From Mobula birostris (Eukaryota): 64,000 nt of DNA. Below, piece by piece: positions 39,101 through 47,943 of the stretch. How positions within the stretch are numbered: the stretch's first letter is position 1; every line of letters starts with the position of its first letter. The position numbers and the translations under genes were made by a program. The stretch is taken from the NCBI RefSeq assembly GCF_030028105.1, contig NC_092377.1, forward strand, positions 29,880,782 to 29,944,781. The letters run 5' to 3'. The notes beneath the pieces were generated by a model, which was not told the DNA's origin, did not search any database, and was given only the letters and a program-made list of their open reading frames with translations.

Positions 39101-42100
39101 GACATTGTAGCTACAACACTCTGGCCAGACATGGTCCTGTGGTCCATAACAGCCAAGCTGGCATACGTTGTGGAATTGACAGTACCATGGGAAGATGGTG
39201 TTGAAGAAGCTTATGAGAGGAAAAAGACCAAGTACTCTGAACTGGCAACTGAAGCTGCCCAGAATGGCTGGAAGACCAAGATGTTCCCTGTAGAAGTGGG
39301 ATGCAGGGGATTCGTTGCTACATCTACGACCAGTCTATTGAAGAAGATGGGGGTGAGAGGTCACTCCCTCCAACAAGCAATCAAGTCCTTGTCAAATGCA
39401 GCAGAAGAAAGTAGCAACTGGATTTGGATTAAAAGGAAAGACAACAACTGGGCTGCAAGATGAAGACAGGAGGGTATGGAACTGAGGGGGGTGTATCTGG
39501 GACGCCAGGTAGCACCGTTGAGCCCACTGGAGATGTCGTGGGCTTATCAACGAAACGTCAAAGAAGGAGGGTGCCCAACTGATGACCCTGATGACGTACC
39601 TACCCTCCCTCCTAGTCACCACTCCAAACCCACTGCCAACATCGAGAGTGCCAACTTACCATAGGGATTGAAACATCAAGTCCGAGTAGCTCTACATCTA
39701 ATTGTATCTTAGCATGCGATTGAAATGATTCTAATATTATCTAAATTTGTAATCATAAGATTTCCTGCTACCTGATCAATGTTATAAATTGTGGAGAATT
39801 GTGTAATTCGGGGGCAGTGTCTGGACTAGCTCTTTTGGGAGATCAGTCTGTAACTTCCCCCTATGAGTAAAGAATAAAGGTTTGAAAAAGAATTACGTGT
39901 GTTAGTGTTTTTGTGGTACTTTTGTCTTTGCATTGGTCAGTCCAGTACGACGCTCTAACCCGTACACGAGGTCCTCCGTCAGTGCCAGAAGGAAGGAGCC
40001 GTACCACAGGACATGCGCGACTCCAAAATCGTCACCTTGTACAAGAACAAAGGTGATAGCAGCGACTGCAACAACCACAGGGGTATCTCCCTCCTGAGTA
40101 TTGTCAGCAAAGTCTTTGCTCATGTAACTCTGGCACATCTACAAACTCTAGCAGAACAGGTCTACCCTGAGTCCCAATGTAGTTTATGCGCAAGGAGGTC
40201 AACTATCGACATGATTTTCTCACTCCGTCAACTCCAGGAGAAGTGCAGGGAACAACAGAAACCCCTCTATGTCACTTTCATCGACTTGACCAAGGCATTC
40301 GACTTTGTCAGCAGGGATGGGCTCTTTCAGATTCTCCTCAAGATCGGCTGTCCCCCGAAACTCCAAAGCATCATCAAGTCATTCCATGACGACATAAGGG
40401 CTACTGTTCAGTATGATGGCAGCTCATCAGAACCCTTCGCTATTCATAATGGAGTCAAGCTAGGATGCGTGTTGGCCCCAACATTATTCGGCATCTTCTT
40501 CTCTCTGCCATTGAAGCACGCGTTTGGGACGTCAACAGAAGGCATCTACATGCACACCAGGTCTGATGGGTGGCTGTTCAACCCTGCACGCCTGAAAGCA
40601 AGAACAAAGGTGCGAAAGATCTTAATATGTGACATGCTCTTTGCCAATGACGCTGCTATAACCTCGCACACCAAACAGCAACTACAAGCTCTCATGGACC
40701 GCTTCTCTAAGGCATGCAAGGACTTTGGGCTTACCATCAGCCTAAAGAAAACGAATGTCCTTGCCCAGAACACAGTGGAGACACCAGTCACTACCATTGA
40801 CAATTACGATCTAGAAGTGGTCCTCAAGTTCACATACTTGGGGTCGGCCATTAGCGACACACTCTCCCTCGATGCTGAAATCAATAGGCGTTTCAGCAAA
40901 GCAGCATCAATCCTTGCTCAACTCTCCTCGCAGGTCTGGGAGAATCCGAAACTCGCTACAAAGACTAAGACTGCTGTGTATAATGCAGGCATTATCAGCA
41001 TCCTCCTGTATGGTAGCGAGACTTGGACCATCTACTCCAAGCAGGAGAAGAAAACTCAATAGTTTTCACCTGTGCAGCCTTCGCCACATCCTCGGCATCA
41101 CCTGGAGAGACAAAGTCCCAAACTCAGAGGTCCTCTCTTGCGTTGGACTTCCCACAATGTTCACGCTTTTAAGACCAGGCAGACTGCGCTGGCTGGGCCA
41201 CATCCATCGCATGACGGATGGCAGACTGCCAAAGGCCATCCTCTACGAAGAACTAGCAACAGGCAAGAGGAACTTTGGTAGACCCCAGCTTCGCTTCAAG
41301 GACCTCTGCAAGCGCAACATGAAAGCCTTAAAAATCAACACAGAGTGCTGGGAGGATACAGCAGATGACCTCAACAAATGGCGAGGCACTCTTCAGCAAC
41401 ACCTAGAGCAAGGCGAAAGAGTGATCCTGAGTCAGTTTGAGGAGCGGAGAGCTAAATGGAGAGCACAGCGGACAACAATTCCATGATGCCCTACACATGC
41501 AGCAACTGTGGCAAAGCCTGCCATTCCAGGATCGGCCTCAATAGGCACAGTCGACGCTGCTTGACAAACCAGTGACTACCAGAGGCACGGTACCCATGGT
41601 CGACCACGACGGATGGATGGACGGACACACAGACACAGACACACACACACACGATTGCATCTACTGTAGACATATTGTAGCAAAAGCCAAATTGCAGTGT
41701 GTCCAGGTCCTTGCTTGGGCAGGAGATAATCCTAGCCATGATTAACGTCTCAAAGCACGTCATCACTGTAGATATGAGTGAACTGAGTGATAGTCATTGA
41801 GGAAATTCACACTGCTCTTCTTGGGCAATGGTACGACTGTCGTCCCTTTGAAGCAAATAGGAACCTCCAACTGCAGCAGTGAGACTGAAGATGTGCTTGA
41901 ACACTCCCACCAGTTGGTTGGCACAGATTTTCAGAGCCCTACCAGAGACACCATCAGGGCCTGATACACTATGAGGGTTCAGCGACTCGAAGAATGTTCT
42001 GACGTTGTCATCCAAGATCGTTTTCACAGGGTCACCAGATGCTGCAGGGATTGACACAAGTATAGTTCTTTTCTCCCTTTCAAAGTGTGATTAGGTGGTG

Positions 42101-45100
42101 ATGAGCTCATCTGGGAGTAAAGCATCACAGCGATTAGGTTTCACTTTGTAGGACGTAATAGTCTGAAAACCCTGCCACAGCTGACGTGCATCTGATTCCA
42201 TCTCTAACCTCAATGGGAATTGATTTTTTTTACCGTTAAAGTGGACTTCACATATAGTTCTGGATCACCAGTCTTGAATGCCACAGATCTAGCTCTCAGC
42301 AGACTATGAATCTCCTGTTTAGTCAATGCTTTTGGTTTGGTTATGTCCAGTATGTTCTTGAAGGCACACACTCATCCACACGGGTCTTGGTGAGGTCTGT
42401 GACAAATGTGACATATTCATTCAGATTCGAAGATGAATCCGTGAATATTGTCAAAGCAGCCCTGTAAGCCCTCTTCCACCTCCAACCACAGAGAGGAGGA
42501 GGAATTCTTCAGCCAAAGGTCGGTGAGTCTGTGGAATTCATTGCCACAGACGGCTGTAGAGGCCAAGTCATTCAGTATATTTAAAGCAGAGGTTGCTAGC
42601 TTGTTGATTAGTAAGAGTGTCAGGTTACAGGGAGAAGGCAGAAGAATGGGGTTACGGAGGGTCAATAAATCAGCCACGATGGAAATGCGAAGTAGACTCG
42701 ATGGGCCAAGGGTCTTAATTCTGCTCTTATATCTTATGGTTTTATGGAGTTAGCAAAAACTTGAAACCAAAATGTAAACCAAGGATGATGAGCTCTGGAT
42801 TAAGATGATACTCACATTAATAGAACAGCCAAGTAGTGACCCATTTCTTAATGCCTTTTGTATGATCTTAAAGAGATTGCTTGGTGCTTTATTTAGTTCA
42901 TACCACTCTGAAATTCCTCCTGTAAAATCCTCAAACCCCTCAGTTGTGGATCCTCCGGACAGTGCTTCGTAGGACCCATTTAACCTGGAAAATGAATATA
43001 ACAATTAATCCTTCGTGAGAACACAAGACAACAAGAAAATTGGTGCAGGAATAGGTTCCTCAGCCCACAATCCTGTCCCACCGTTTGACATGATCATAAC
43101 TGATCTGGTCCATCTCTTCTTCTCTGCCAATTGAATAATTAAGACAGTATTTCACTTGCAAGACTCAATCCAGCAATAGAAACAAATTCGTTATTAAGGA
43201 AATGAAATCCGGTGAGAAATGGTAGAAAAAAAAAATTCAGACTTGGCACTGGTGGTGGTGGCTAGGGATGGGAGCTGTGGATCAGTCTGCAAACAGGCAT
43301 TTCTGGAGCCTGAAGACACACGTTCAAAATTTTAGCAACATCTTCTACTCTCCACCATTATATTTCTGAACACCATCTTGAACACCACCTCACTATTTTT
43401 ACACTACTTATTGAATTTAAACATATATTTCTTATTGTAATTTATAGTATTGTACTGTAATGCTGCTGCAAAACAACAAATTTGATGACATATGTCAGTG
43501 ATGCTAAACCCAATTCTGATTTCCAGCTCTCAGAGTGGATGGCAAAAATTCAACAGTATGAAGTCCACATTCCTTCATTGGACCCCGAGGAGCACTTGTG
43601 GCTCTTTGTTGCTGAAGGAAAGATTAAAAGTTGATAACAATGACTCTTTTGGGCCTCATCGTGTCTCCCACAGGTTTCAGCTTCATGGGAAGCTGCTGGG
43701 GTTTCCAGCTCAGGCCCCTGAGGTAAAATAGGAATTTGGACCAGATATCTAAATTTGAAACAGAAGACCTTCTGGCTTTGTGACTGCTCAATTCAACTTT
43801 TTTAAATCCAATATGGTCAGCTCGCAACACTTCCAATATGGGAAAGTCACTTTAACTCTATTTAGCTTTGTGGGAGAAGCCAGAGTCTGGTCATAGAGGA
43901 TTGCCTCTCTGATTGGAGGCCTGTGTCTTCTGGTGTGCTGCACGGATCAGTGCCAGGTTCTTTGTTGTTTGTCATCTATTCCAATGATCTGGATGATAGT
44001 GTTGTTAACTGGATCAGCAAATTTGCAGATGACTCCATGATTGGGAGTATAGTGGACAGCAAGGAAAGCTATCGTGGCCTACAGAGGGGTCTGCATCAGT
44101 TGTAAAATTGGGTTAAAAATGGCAGATGGAATTTAATGCAGACAAGTGCGAGGTTTTGCACTTCGGCAGGACCAACCAGGGTAGGTCTTAAACAGTGAAT
44201 GGTAGGGCACTGAGGAGTGTGATAGGACAAAGATCTGGGAATACAGGTACATAATTTGTTGAAAGTGGTGTCACAGGTAGATAGGGTTGTAAAGAAAGCT
44301 TTTGGTACATTGGCTTTCATAAATCAATACACTGAGTACAGGAGATAGATGTTATGTTGAAGTTGAATAAAACGCTGGTAAGGCCTAATTCTGTACATTG
44401 TGTGCAGTTTTGACCATTTACCTACAGAAAAGGTGTAAACAAGGTTGAAACAGGACAGAGAAAATTTACGAGGATGTTGCCAAGTCTGGAGGACTTGAGT
44501 TATAAGGAAAAATTGAATAGGATAGGACTGTATTCTTTAGAACGTAGAAGACTGAGAGGAGATTGAATAAAGGTATACAAATTAATGAGGAGTATAGATA
44601 GGGTAAATGCAAGCAGGTTCCCCCCCCCACTGAAGTTGGGTGGGATTACAACTGGAGGTCCTGGCTTAAGGTTGAAAGGTTAGAAGTTTAAGGGGAACAC
44701 GAACGGAAACTTCTTTAATCAGTACGGAACGTGCTGCCAGAACAAGTGGTCCATGCGAGTTTGATTTGATAGTTTAAGGGAAGTTTAGACAAGTGTATGA
44801 TAGTAGGGATATGGAGGGCTATGTTCCAATGCAGGTATGCAGGTCATTGGGAGTAGGCAGTTCAAATGGCTTTCAGCACTGACTAGATGGGCCGATTGGC
44901 CTGTTTCTGTGCAGTACTTCTCTATCACTCTATGCCTCTGCCTGATGAGAGAACAAAAACAGTAAAATGTAAAGAATATTGTAGGAAAGGCAAGTGAGCT
45001 TAGGACATGGATCAGCATGTGGAATTATGATGCTGTAGTCACTAGTGATCTCCAAGAGGACCACAATCTTGCTGTGATTTAGAGGCTTGCATGCCACAAT

Positions 45101-47025
45101 GACCCAGAGAGATATGATGGCTGGAGTCAGGGTTTATGCTTTGGCTCTTGGTAGGGCCACCTATGCCAAACAGGTCAAAGGGGAGAGGCCAGACTAAGAG
45201 TGGTCCACTGGTCTTTCAGGCTGAGGGGTTCAGCTCAGGGCTAAAAACCCTGACTGGTCAAACAAAACAGTTATAGAAACTGCAACGAAGCATCCTTCTA
45301 TATCTGTGTTTGATGGTATTCCTGAGTTTCCACCGGTGACTTGCACGGCTGACGGTTGTAAAAACCAAGAGGAAGCTACTGGTACAATGATGGAAGCCCT
45401 GACTACTGCCAAGGCCAAGACCAAACGGCCAAGGACAGACCGTGATGGAGGACCTTCACTGCTGCCCTAAACACCAGCGGCATAACAGGCAGTAAGTCAT
45501 TAGTGAGACTTGGTTGCAGGACAGGCAGCTCAATGTTCAAAGGTTTCATTGCTTTAGACATGATAGAGCAGGAGGGGTTAAGGGAGAGGATAGTGTCATT
45601 ATTCAGGGAAAATATCATAGCAGTACTCAGGTAGGACAGACTGGAAAACCTGTCTACTGAGGCTATATGAGTGGAACTAATGAGTAAGAAAGGGATGACC
45701 ATGTTAATACAATTAACAACCGAGTTGTTCAAATAGTAGAAGCAAAGCAAAAAAAGTTATGGGTAAAAATGCAATTTTCTCTTACTGCTATTTTTGTAGT
45801 ACTTACTTTGAATAAGCTTTCTCCAGCAGAGCACTCCAGAACTCATTCCCGGAAGCTGAGTGCACAAACATCAGCTCATCGTTCTTCGTGGGCAGCCTGT
45901 CATCGATCACCACATCCACCCATTCTCCGTACTGCCAGAACTGCACCGGAACATCAACAGATTACTTGCAGCTGGCCTCAATTCCATTAACCCCAAATTT
46001 CAACAAATGCAGATTTTAAAAAAACATCAGGCCTCTGATTATACACAAAAAGCTGGAGGAACACAGCAGGCTAGGCAGCATCTTTGGAAAAGAGTAACCA
46101 GTCGATGTTTTGGGCAGAGACCCTTCATCAGGACTGGGCTTCCAGCATCCGCAGAGTTTCTCTTGCTTGTGAGGCCTCTAATTATAACCTACTTTAGCAA
46201 AACTCTACTCTGAGAGTAGCAAAACTCTGAGATAGCTTTGCTTTAAGAATTTCAGTGTCTAAAACAATCACAGGATGAACAGAACAGATACAAACTGTTA
46301 TGCTTAGTAACTCCAGAATATAAAACTACTAATTGAAGAGAAATATGGAGTCAGGAATGCCTGTCAATTATGATATGGTGACATAATAACATATGCCATT
46401 CATATAATTTAACATATAACCCATGAAGAATTTCAGCAAAGAATGCTTAATCAAACAATATATTTACAATATTACTCAAATATTACTGAAATAGTAAATA
46501 CACAACACAGGTATACTATTTCAAGTATTCAAGTAAACAGGTAAAGGAAAGGGGCAGATGACAGAATAATATCACATGGAGGACAAAGTCACCTGACCAT
46601 CTTGGACTGAATCAATGTTCTAACATCTTTACATTAAAAATCCCTTCGGTTGTTGGATGCGGCCAATCGCCAGTCTCCGTTCTCAACCCAAACCCAACAT
46701 ATTTTATCTGCCTTTCTTCTTCCCCTCTCACCCATTTCCTTACGATTCCCAGCACTTTTACCCATTATGTACACCCAAATTTTGACATGCACTTTGAATA
46801 GACAGAGCTTCACATAACTCTTTACTCCTTGTAAAGAAGGATTCTTAAATTCATCCTGCTCCATTACAATAAAATTTTGAAGTACGGTAGAAGTCATTTG
46901 ACTTACCCGGAAATGGAAAATTCCTGCATAATCAGAGTCAAAGTTTTGTCCTTCAGGTATCACTCTGCGTAGAACCTCATTGTTCAGGGTCAGTGAAGCA
47001 ATAGCAGCCAAAAGCCAGCAGTCAC
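5962..47025 (-). CDS. capn2: Classical calpain catalytic (large) subunit, calpain-2-like; multi-exon partial gene model (exons ~3-18, 1596 coding nt)
   Basis: 16 exons with matching splice phases translate without a stop. Catalytic motifs are GDCW, KGHAY and RNPWG. CAPN2-type signatures include [45 protein letters not shown] and [12 protein letters not shown]. Orthology (capn2 versus a capn2/8 paralogue) is inferred, not computed. Confidence 0.9.
6591..6659 (-). CDS. capn2: Calpain exon 17 (69 nt): [25 protein letters not shown]-hand
   Basis: cag acceptor preceded by a U12-like branch site, gtaatt donor. Confidence 0.93.
6660..8089 (-). other. U12 (minor spliceosome) GT-AG intron of the calpain gene
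   Basis: 5' site GTATCCTTT; branch-site-like TTCCTCAAT at 6684-6676; no polypyrimidine tract before the CAG. Confidence 0.9.
6690..7625 (-). mobile_element. Degenerate CR1 LINE 3' fragment inside the U12 intron
   Basis: Reverse-complement CR1 RT and 3' tail motifs (gaccagaattagatgtaatactccaaatg). Confidence 0.75.
8090..8154 (-). CDS. capn2: Calpain exon 16 (65 nt): (R)[21 protein letters not shown]
   Basis: aag acceptor; U12-type donor GTATCCTTT. Confidence 0.93.
8815..9660 (-). mobile_element. CR1 LINE 3' fragment
   Basis: [23 protein letters not shown]; [13 protein letters not shown]. Confidence 0.88.
9750..9807 (-). CDS. capn2: Calpain exon 15 (58 nt): [19 protein letters not shown]
   Basis: cag acceptor, gtaagt donor. 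Confidence 0.95.
9930..10550. mobile_element. Old CR1 3' fragments, both orientations
   Basis: Degenerate CR1 3' coding and tail motifs. Confidence 0.55.
11094..11153 (-). CDS. capn2: Calpain exon 14 (60 nt): [20 protein letters not shown]
   Basis: aag acceptor after a T-rich tract, gtaaga donor; LAGE start of the penta-EF domain. Confidence 0.88.
12260..12302 (-). CDS. capn2: Calpain exon 13 (43 nt): [14 protein letters not shown], linker
   Basis: cag acceptor, gtaggt donor; phase 2-0 fits. Confidence 0.85.
12430..12560 (+). mobile_element. Penelope-like terminal repeat fragment with a degenerate hammerhead-like motif
   Basis: gagtcctgttgaagggtcttggcctgaaacttcaactc, same family as 23790-25747 and 46040-46170. 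Confidence 0.65.
13128..13339 (-). CDS. capn2: Calpain exon 12 (212 nt): [70 protein letters not shown](R)
   Basis: tag acceptor, gtaagt donor; FINLREV and VPSTFEP motifs. Confidence 0.95.
14037..17816 (-). pseudogene. L1 ORF2 (APE endonuclease and reverse transcriptase) split into 4 ORFs
   Basis: SFNVNGL..LQETH; SRID..LSDH; [33 protein letters not shown]; C-terminal CFRC..H..WSC. Confidence 0.92.
18119..18150. repeat. (TA)n microsatellite in the L1 inter-ORF spacer
   Basis: Direct observation. Confidence 0.95.
18298..19418 (-). pseudogene. L1 ORF1 (coiled coil and Transposase_22-like [18 protein letters not shown]); interrupted by TGA stops and frameshifts
   Basis: ORF 18651..19418; the reading frame continues past TGA as [20 protein letters not shown]...FFYPDIS; 3' end approximate. 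Confidence 0.85.
20205..21370 (+). mobile_element. CR1 LINE RT and 3' fragment
   Basis: [28 protein letters not shown]; CR1 tail. Confidence 0.88.
21524..21535 (-). CDS. capn2: Calpain microexon 11 (12 nt): VPDE
   Basis: ttttttattttacag|GTCCCTGATGAG|gtacgt; matches the VPxE 12-nt exon of classical calpains. Confidence 0.9.
21960..22990. mobile_element. Cluster of Rex1/Babar 3' fragments (both strands) and a CR1 tail
   Basis: [22 protein letters not shown]; aataaacctgattctga tail; gggctgaatggcctaattctg CR1 tail. Confidence 0.7.
23395..23564 (-). CDS. capn2: Calpain exon 10 (170 nt): [56 protein letters not shown]
   Basis: cag acceptor, non-canonical GAG|gcaagt donor; acidic loop of domain III; within ORF 23359..23829. 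Confidence 0.93.
23790..24565 (-). mobile_element. Penelope-like element copy 1 (GIY-YIG endonuclease remnant and terminal repeat)
   Basis: ORF 24223..24621: [61 protein letters not shown]. Confidence 0.88.
24651..25747 (-). mobile_element. Penelope-like element copy 2, younger, with a 13-bp TSD
   Basis: TSD attaatacctcag at 24638-24650 and 25748-25760; [52 protein letters not shown]. Confidence 0.9.
24712..24742 (-). ncRNA. Minimal type-I hammerhead ribozyme-like motif in the Penelope-like repeat
   Basis: UAGUC-CUGACGA-AGGCCU-GAAACGUC^GACUG: both core boxes, GUC triplet, stem I AGUC/GACU. Confidence 0.6.
25870..27310 (+). mobile_element. Several degenerate CR1 3' fragments
   Basis: Repeated CR1 C-terminal and tail motifs (gggccaaagggcctgtttctgtgct). 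Confidence 0.65.
27639..27799 (-). CDS. capn2: Calpain exon 9 (161 nt): [53 protein letters not shown]
   Basis: cag acceptor, weak gtataa donor; within ORF 27496..27837. Confidence 0.93.
27985..28392 (-). mobile_element. Rex1/Babar LINE 3' fragment
   Basis: [36 protein letters not shown]. Confidence 0.85.
28400..28566. mobile_element. Tc1/mariner-like DNA transposon end fragment
   Basis: Terminus ggtgtacctaataaagtggccactgaatgTA resembles Tc1-type TIRs and ends in TA; partner end not seen. Confidence 0.6.
28730..29690 (-). mobile_element. Old CR1 fragment with a 67-bp local tandem duplication (28757-28881)
   Basis: Degenerate CR1 RT motifs; ctctgtacaaaagacatcgttatcaaatcccattta repeated at 28757 and 28824. 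Confidence 0.65.
30165..32270 (-). mobile_element. CR1 LINE ORF2 fragment
   Basis: [20 protein letters not shown]; [16 protein letters not shown]; [17 protein letters not shown]. Confidence 0.92.
31008..31100. mobile_element. 93-bp MITE (13-bp TIRs, 6-bp TSD) inserted in CR1
   Basis: cagacatctcacc ... ggtgggatgtctg (1 mismatch), flanked by cctttt on both sides. Confidence 0.8.
32399..32473 (-). CDS. capn2: Calpain exon 8 (75 nt): (N)[24 protein letters not shown](W)
   Basis: cag acceptor, gtaaag donor; phase 2-2 fits neighbours. Confidence 0.93.
33586..33671 (-). CDS. capn2: Calpain exon 7 (86 nt): [28 protein letters not shown], catalytic Asn
   Basis: tag acceptor, gtaggt donor; RNPWG motif. 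Confidence 0.95.
34080..35640. mobile_element. CR1 fragments (minus 34080-35400; plus ~35440-35640)
   Basis: [23 protein letters not shown]; [17 protein letters not shown]. Confidence 0.85.
36205..36288 (-). CDS. capn2: Calpain exon 6 (84 nt): [28 protein letters not shown], catalytic His
   Basis: tag acceptor, gtaagt donor; GHAY motif. Confidence 0.95.
36460..37770 (+). mobile_element. CR1 LINE RT and 3' fragment
   Basis: [15 protein letters not shown]; QHGF; CR1 tail. Confidence 0.85.
38524..39958 (+). mobile_element. LTR-like or unclassified insertion inside the RTE (segments 38524-38863 and ~39700-39958)
   Basis: Non-coding block that splits the RTE frame (SSLLL / VHEVLRQC); starts TG and has AATAAA near the 3' end; no clean CA end or TSD. 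Confidence 0.45.
38864..39700 (+). mobile_element. Hero-type (restriction-like endonuclease, R2/NeSL group) non-LTR retrotransposon 3' fragment
   Basis: [57 protein letters not shown] (ORF 39089..39463). Confidence 0.85.
42816..42984 (-). CDS. capn2: Calpain exon 5 (169 nt): [56 protein letters not shown]
   Basis: cag acceptor, gtgagt donor; within ORF 42750..43004. Confidence 0.95.
43865..44935 (+). mobile_element. CR1 LINE RT and 3' fragment
   Basis: [29 protein letters not shown]. Confidence 0.88.
45040..45500 (+). mobile_element. Short non-autonomous RTE-derived element (RTE-like 5' UTR joined to an RTE 3' end)
   Basis: 5' part gaggcttgcatgcc..ggtagggccacctatgccaaacaggtcaaaggggagaggccagac; 3' part translates [17 protein letters not shown]. 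Confidence 0.55.
45807..45940 (-). CDS. capn2: Calpain exon 4 (134 nt): [45 protein letters not shown]
   Basis: cag acceptor, gtaagt donor; translated by hand; conserved calpain core. Confidence 0.95.
46040..46170 (-). mobile_element. Penelope-like terminal repeat fragment with a mutated hammerhead-like motif
   Basis: ccagtc-ctgatga-agggtctctgccc-aaaacatc-gactgg at 46137-46098. Confidence 0.7.
46907..47025 (-). CDS. capn2: Calpain exon 3 (119 nt): (G)[39 protein letters not shown], catalytic Cys
   Basis: tag acceptor, gtaagt donor; lies within ORF 46634..47077. Confidence 0.95.
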
Positions 47026-47707
47026 CTATATAGTAAACAAGAGACAATTTTATATTCCATAATCTATGCAAATGCACACTTTCAGATATCAGCTTTATTT
47101 ATCGCAAAGTTTCAGAGGCATCCCCGTGTAAAACAACAGAGTTTCAGCATTGAAACTCTGAGGTGGGAGAACCTCTGGGTGAGGTGAAGTTTAGAAATGA
47201 GGATGGATGGAAGCATTTGCAAGGCAGAAAAAGGCAATTAAGGACTTTGTGGACATTCTCCTGTTAAGAACATGAGAAAACAACATTCATAAGAACATAA
47301 GCAACAGAATAAATAGGTTATTCTATCATTTGTACCAGCTTCACCATTCAATAAAACCATGGGTAATCAGTTGGCTGAGTATCACCCTCCTACATTGATC
47401 CCACTTGGTCCAAAATATCAATATCAAAAAATCTTTCTCTGTTTTAAATAGATCAATCTTTGTCTTTAGACAGTGATCCATCCTTATCCAGTTAAGTTGA
47501 ATGTGATCAACTTTCACATTTGTGTTTCTATCATGCTCATCCTAATGCAGGAGATTTTACTATTACGTGGGTAAACAGCACGGTGGAAAGTATATTCTGT
47601 TCACACCTTGTCCATAGTTGTGCTTATATTCTTAAACTTTCTTGTATCATCCATAGAGAGCAATCAGTACATGGACAATTCTTCCTTTCAGATACTTACA
47701 TAGCAAA

Positions 47708-47943
47708 GGGGAACGAGGGGAGGGAATGTCGACTCAGACCATGAGAGGCCTGCATCGGGCATTTTCATGCCTTACAAGGCGCCGATTGGAAGTCTGAGTG
47801 GGGCGCCACTCCTCGCACAGACACTAGAGCAATGTGTGATTAAGTGCCTTGCTCAAGGACACAAACACGCTGCCACAGCTGGGGCTCGAACTAGCGACCT
47901 TGAGGTAACTAGACAAACGCCTTAACCACTTGGCCACGTGCCC
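47708..47943 (-). mobile_element. tRNA-derived CORE-type SINE
   Basis: A box TGGCCAAGTGG, B box AGTTCGAGCC, CORE-like gtgtccttgagcaaggcacttaa. Confidence 0.8.

Larger units (their letters stand above)
38267..41651 (+). mobile_element. RTE-clade LINE (5'-truncated; RT and C-terminal zinc finger; (GGAT)/(CA)n tail), interrupted at 38524-39958
   Basis: [15 protein letters not shown]; ORF 40013..41062 [22 protein letters not shown]; LRWLGHI.RM.DGRLPK; [23 protein letters not shown]. Confidence 0.92.
37960..42480 (-). mobile_element. Rex1/Babar LINE (pieces 37960-38265 and 41652-42480) split by an RTE insertion
   Basis: [19 protein letters not shown] on the left; [21 protein letters not shown] and [10 protein letters not shown] on the right. 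Confidence 0.8.

Noticed and set aside
46296-46507. Possible short solo LTR (tgttatg...acacaaca)
   Set aside because: TG...CA ends but no matching flanking TSD and no second copy in the window.
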